From: Oikopleura dioica
Taxonomy: Eukaryota > Animalia > Chordata
DNA: 64,000 bases
NCBI GenBank assembly: GCA_907165135.1
Contig: OU015567.1
Location: 3,534,001-3,598,000, forward strand
Direction: 5' to 3'
A program made the translations under genes and the position numbers. This document shows positions 61,071 to 64,000 of the stretch, in pieces (position 1 is the stretch's first letter; every line of letters starts with the position of its first letter). The notes under the pieces were generated by a model, which searched no databases, had not been told where the DNA came from, and saw only the letters and a list, made by a program, of their open reading frames with translations.

Positions 61071-61239
61071 CAATTTCCCTTCTGTATTTTAGATAATTAG
61101 CTTGATTTGTACTCACTTGAGTTTGATTCTTTCGTCTTGTTTTCATACTATGCGACATCAGTGAGTGGCATGTTTCTTAAAAAGTACGTTTATTCACTGT
61201 TTTTGAGAGGTTTGCCTGATAAAAGTTTGACGGCGCAAG

Positions 61240-61515
61240 CTAACATATGATGGTTGTGGTATGGTGTCAATTAATTTTGAGCTGGGATACAAGAGAGCTG
61301 GAACAAGAGATTATCGTTACACATACTTATGCGGGGGAGAATACAAGAGGCTCGGAGAAGGTGCGTGGCGTGCAAGCTGACATATGATGGTTCTGGTTTG
61401 GAGTCTATTAATTGAGCACGGAGAACAAATTTCGTTTGAACAATGGATACTTTCGCTTTACATATAATGCGAGGGAGAAAACAAGAGGCTTGGGGAAGGA
61501 GAAAGGCGTGGCGGA
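61240..61515. repeat. Degenerate tandem duplication, ~136-bp unit x2
   Basis: GCT(A/G)ACATATGATGGTT.TGGT.TGG.GTC.ATTAATT...ACAAGAGGCT.GG.GAAGG..GGCGTG at ~61240 and ~61376. Confidence 0.7.
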
Positions 61516-61596
61516 TTTAAATGTTTTTTTTTACTCTGTTGAATGTGCCATTATAAAACAAGGAAGTATAGAGGATTAGCGTCTGGAGTGGAGAGT

Positions 61597-63814
61597 TTAC
61601 TTATTTTCTTCCTCGTCTTCGTCAACTTCTGTGATCGCACTCAAGAGTGCTGCGTTGTTGATTTCTTCTTGATTTCCATCCAAATCAATTTGTTTATCAT
61701 CACCGAAGTATGGCGTTTCGGGGGCTTCTGCGCGTCTCACTTCGGCGATAATTCTTCTTTCCTGCGCATTTTGTTCCTCCTCGGCCGCGTTCTGTTGTTC
61801 TTCGGGAGCATTATCTTGTTCCCTCTCGGCCGCGTTTTGTTGTTCTTCGGGAGCATTATCTTGTTCCCTCTCGGCCGCGTTTTGTTGTTCTTCGGGAGCA
61901 TTTACTTGTTCCCTCTCGGCAATTTCATTCGTACCGCTAGGTAAAGTTCAACTTTCAACATTTTAAAAATAAGTGGATTACCGTTGTTTCTGTTCGCTGT
62001 TCATCTTTCCGCGAATCAGAGCGTTGCTTGTTCGAACTTGGAGGAGTTCTTGGTCTTCCGGTCGCAGAAGATCGATCGGATACTTATTCGATTGAATTAT
62101 GTCTGTCTATTTTGAAATTTACCTTATTCATGCTGTTTTTCACAGAGCAGAGCTCCGGAAAAAGTACCACGAGGATGTTGAGTGCATCACTATCTTTGTT
62201 CAGAGCTGCGTGATGCAATACAGACTCATTATCAATGTCGAGCTTCTTTAGCACAGCTGAATATTTTGACTTCATTTTCCGCAAGACATTGAGCATTTTC
62301 ATATCGATCAGAATATTTGCTGGCATCGATTGTTTTGGCCAGAACTGAAAGATGTCGAAACCGTCGTCTTCGAGAATGTAAGTCAATTTCCGCTCAATTT
62401 CCATTTTTCTTCATCGGAGAAGTCGGCAACATCGGTAAGCGCGTGGTAGCTCCAGTCATGGCCGTCTCGTGTTCGTGCAGGAAGAAGTTCTCGCGGAAAA
62501 CGATCCGCAATACGGGTGAATTGGGCGTATGGTGCGTATTTGAGAGCAACTCCAAGAATGTTCCCCTCTGCCTCGCCTCTGTAGTTCCAGGTAACAGTTG
62601 CATTCATGATTGTCGAGAGCATCTCGATGAGCCGATTCTTTTAAGTTTAACCGCGCTAGAGTTTTATTTATATAATTTTGTATGTTATCTCAACATTACT
62701 TTTTGAAATTGAGAATAACATCATAAAAGAGATCCGCTGTTTCTCCATAGCTCAACCAATCAAGAGCATTCTTCGACTGAGTGTAGACCCTAAACGTGTC
62801 GATGTCCCCTGTCTTAATGGCAATTTTGAGAACATATGCCACATTGCTGCCGTTCTGATCGCATTCCATCAAGAAGCGCATGATCTGATCCTGCATTGGA
62901 GTCTCGTAGAGATATCCGAGCCTTAACATCCTGTGAATCAGTTAAAAGTAATGGAAACTACGTTTGATAGGACTCCAATTTTCTGTCCATTAGTGACTTG
63001 ATAGGCCAACCGTCGCCGCCAGATGCTACCTTCATTTCCGTCTTCATGTCACTTAGCACACATTTTAGAAGATGGAGCCGCTCGTCGCTTTCCCAGAATT
63101 CTATGGTGAATTAATATAAAATTGTTCTAACTTCGCTTCTTACGATGAATCATTGACAGGACCGATGGCATTTCATCTTGCTTCAACTTGTATCCAAACT
63201 CCTGGAAAATATCAATCATTTTCGCAAGTAGATATGGACCGAGTTTTCTTCCAAAAATCATTCCTTGGCCGACCACATTAGCCGCGTATTCTCTCAGGCA
63301 TCGGTGTAAAATCGACTCGCCGTTAAAATCAAATGACGATCTTTCACCTTGTGCACTTTTTAGGAGCTCTGAATAGTAATGGAACTTTACGAAACTAAAT
63401 TAATCTTCGCTACCTTTAAGGCAGATCTTTTGGCCCATGAAAGCCATTTTCATCGGAACTGTCCAAGCAGTTTCGTCGAGGACCAAGCTGTTCATGGAAT
63501 CTTGCTGCACCAGGAAAATTGTTATGTCTTTCGCGTTGGCCTCTTTTACGGATTACATTAATTATTTTATAGAAAATACTGCCTTGACTAATAGTATTTC
63601 ATGACAGAATATGTACTAATAAGTGATCCGTTACAATGGCAATGTCAAGAAGACTATATGCCCGCTGAGGTGGAAATCCAAGCGTTTGGTTAAAAGGAGC
63701 GTCGAAGGTGAGGCTGCACCAGTTCGCATTGAAGATTTGTATAAACTTCGCCGCGTTATCATATGTCAAGATTCCACGCAATCGCTCATCGAGCGCGTCG
63801 ATATTTCGAACCAT
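61597..63814 (-). CDS. Multi-exon ankyrin-repeat-like protein with acidic repeat tail; may extend further 5'
   Basis: Ankyrin-like segments YSLLDIAIVTDH, DETAWTVPMKMAFMG, DFNGESILHRC, DQNGSNVAY, NESVLHHAALNKDSDALNILVVLFPELCSVKNSMNK|YPIDLL; tail (EQQNAAEREQDNAPE)n. Confidence 0.62.
61781..61920 (-). repeat. 45-bp coding tandem repeat, about 3 copies
   Basis: TCGGCCGCG anchor at 61781, 61826 and 61871; encodes EQQNAAEREQDNAPE on the minus strand. Confidence 0.88.
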
Positions 63815-64000
63815 TCTGAATCATTGTTTATACCCCTTGATAGCTTGTAGAAGGTGTAGAAAGGGGTGCAGAAAAATGCCGGAAAGGGCTGCGGCAACGA
63901 ACTACTAATAAATGTAAGCAATTGTTAATCGATCTGCCTATACAAATACAAAATGTTGTTTTTTATTATTTTACATATTTTCTACAAATGGCGGTGAAAG

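Larger units (their letters stand above)
28030..64000 (-). mobile_element. Candidate giant gene-carrying element, endogenous viral island or paralogue island (>=36 kb; right end outside the window)
   Basis: Abrupt switch to near-uniform minus-strand, divergent host-like genes and orphans, a private recurrent motif, and two related 244-bp arrays. No transposase, integrase, polymerase or capsid recognised, so mobility is inferred only. Confidence 0.4.

Noticed and set aside
28030-64000. Bacterial or other contaminant origin of the right half
   Set aside because: Genes have spliceosomal introns, including a GA-AG intron like the host half, encode eukaryote-specific proteins, and are contiguous with host-like genes at 25-27.8 kb.

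Overview
This is eukaryotic genomic DNA, most likely an appendicularian tunicate (Oikopleura-like). That host call is inferred from 30-60 nt introns, non-canonical GA-AG donors, operon-like gene spacing and oikosin-like secreted proteins. The window has two parts. Positions 1-~27.8 kb hold ordinary host-type genes: OXR1/NCOA7-like, a disrupted protein kinase, two somatomedin-B/Thr-mucin paralogues, a tropomodulin with a leiomodin-like tail, a mosaic mucin/WxxW/PLA2-like protein, a carbohydrate sulfotransferase, a MITE and a 500-N scaffold gap. From ~28 kb to the window end is a gene-dense, almost entirely minus-strand cassette of strongly diverged, intron-containing host-like genes. It includes a Vasa/PL10-family helicase with broken catalytic motifs, RPA2, a WRN-like RecQ (helicase-RQC-HRDC-HTH), an NF-YB/POLE3-like histone fold, RING and C2H2 fingers, an ankyrin protein and many orphans. 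The cassette also carries two related ~244-bp tandem arrays 24 kb apart and five copies of a GGCC-GG(N)A-GGCC motif that I did not see in the host-like half. It looks like a candidate giant mobile element, endogenised large DNA virus or sex-linked/germline paralogue island. I could not recognise a transposase, integrase, DNA polymerase or capsid gene in the window, so its nature is unresolved. Exon structures were built by eye and gene boundaries are approximate.
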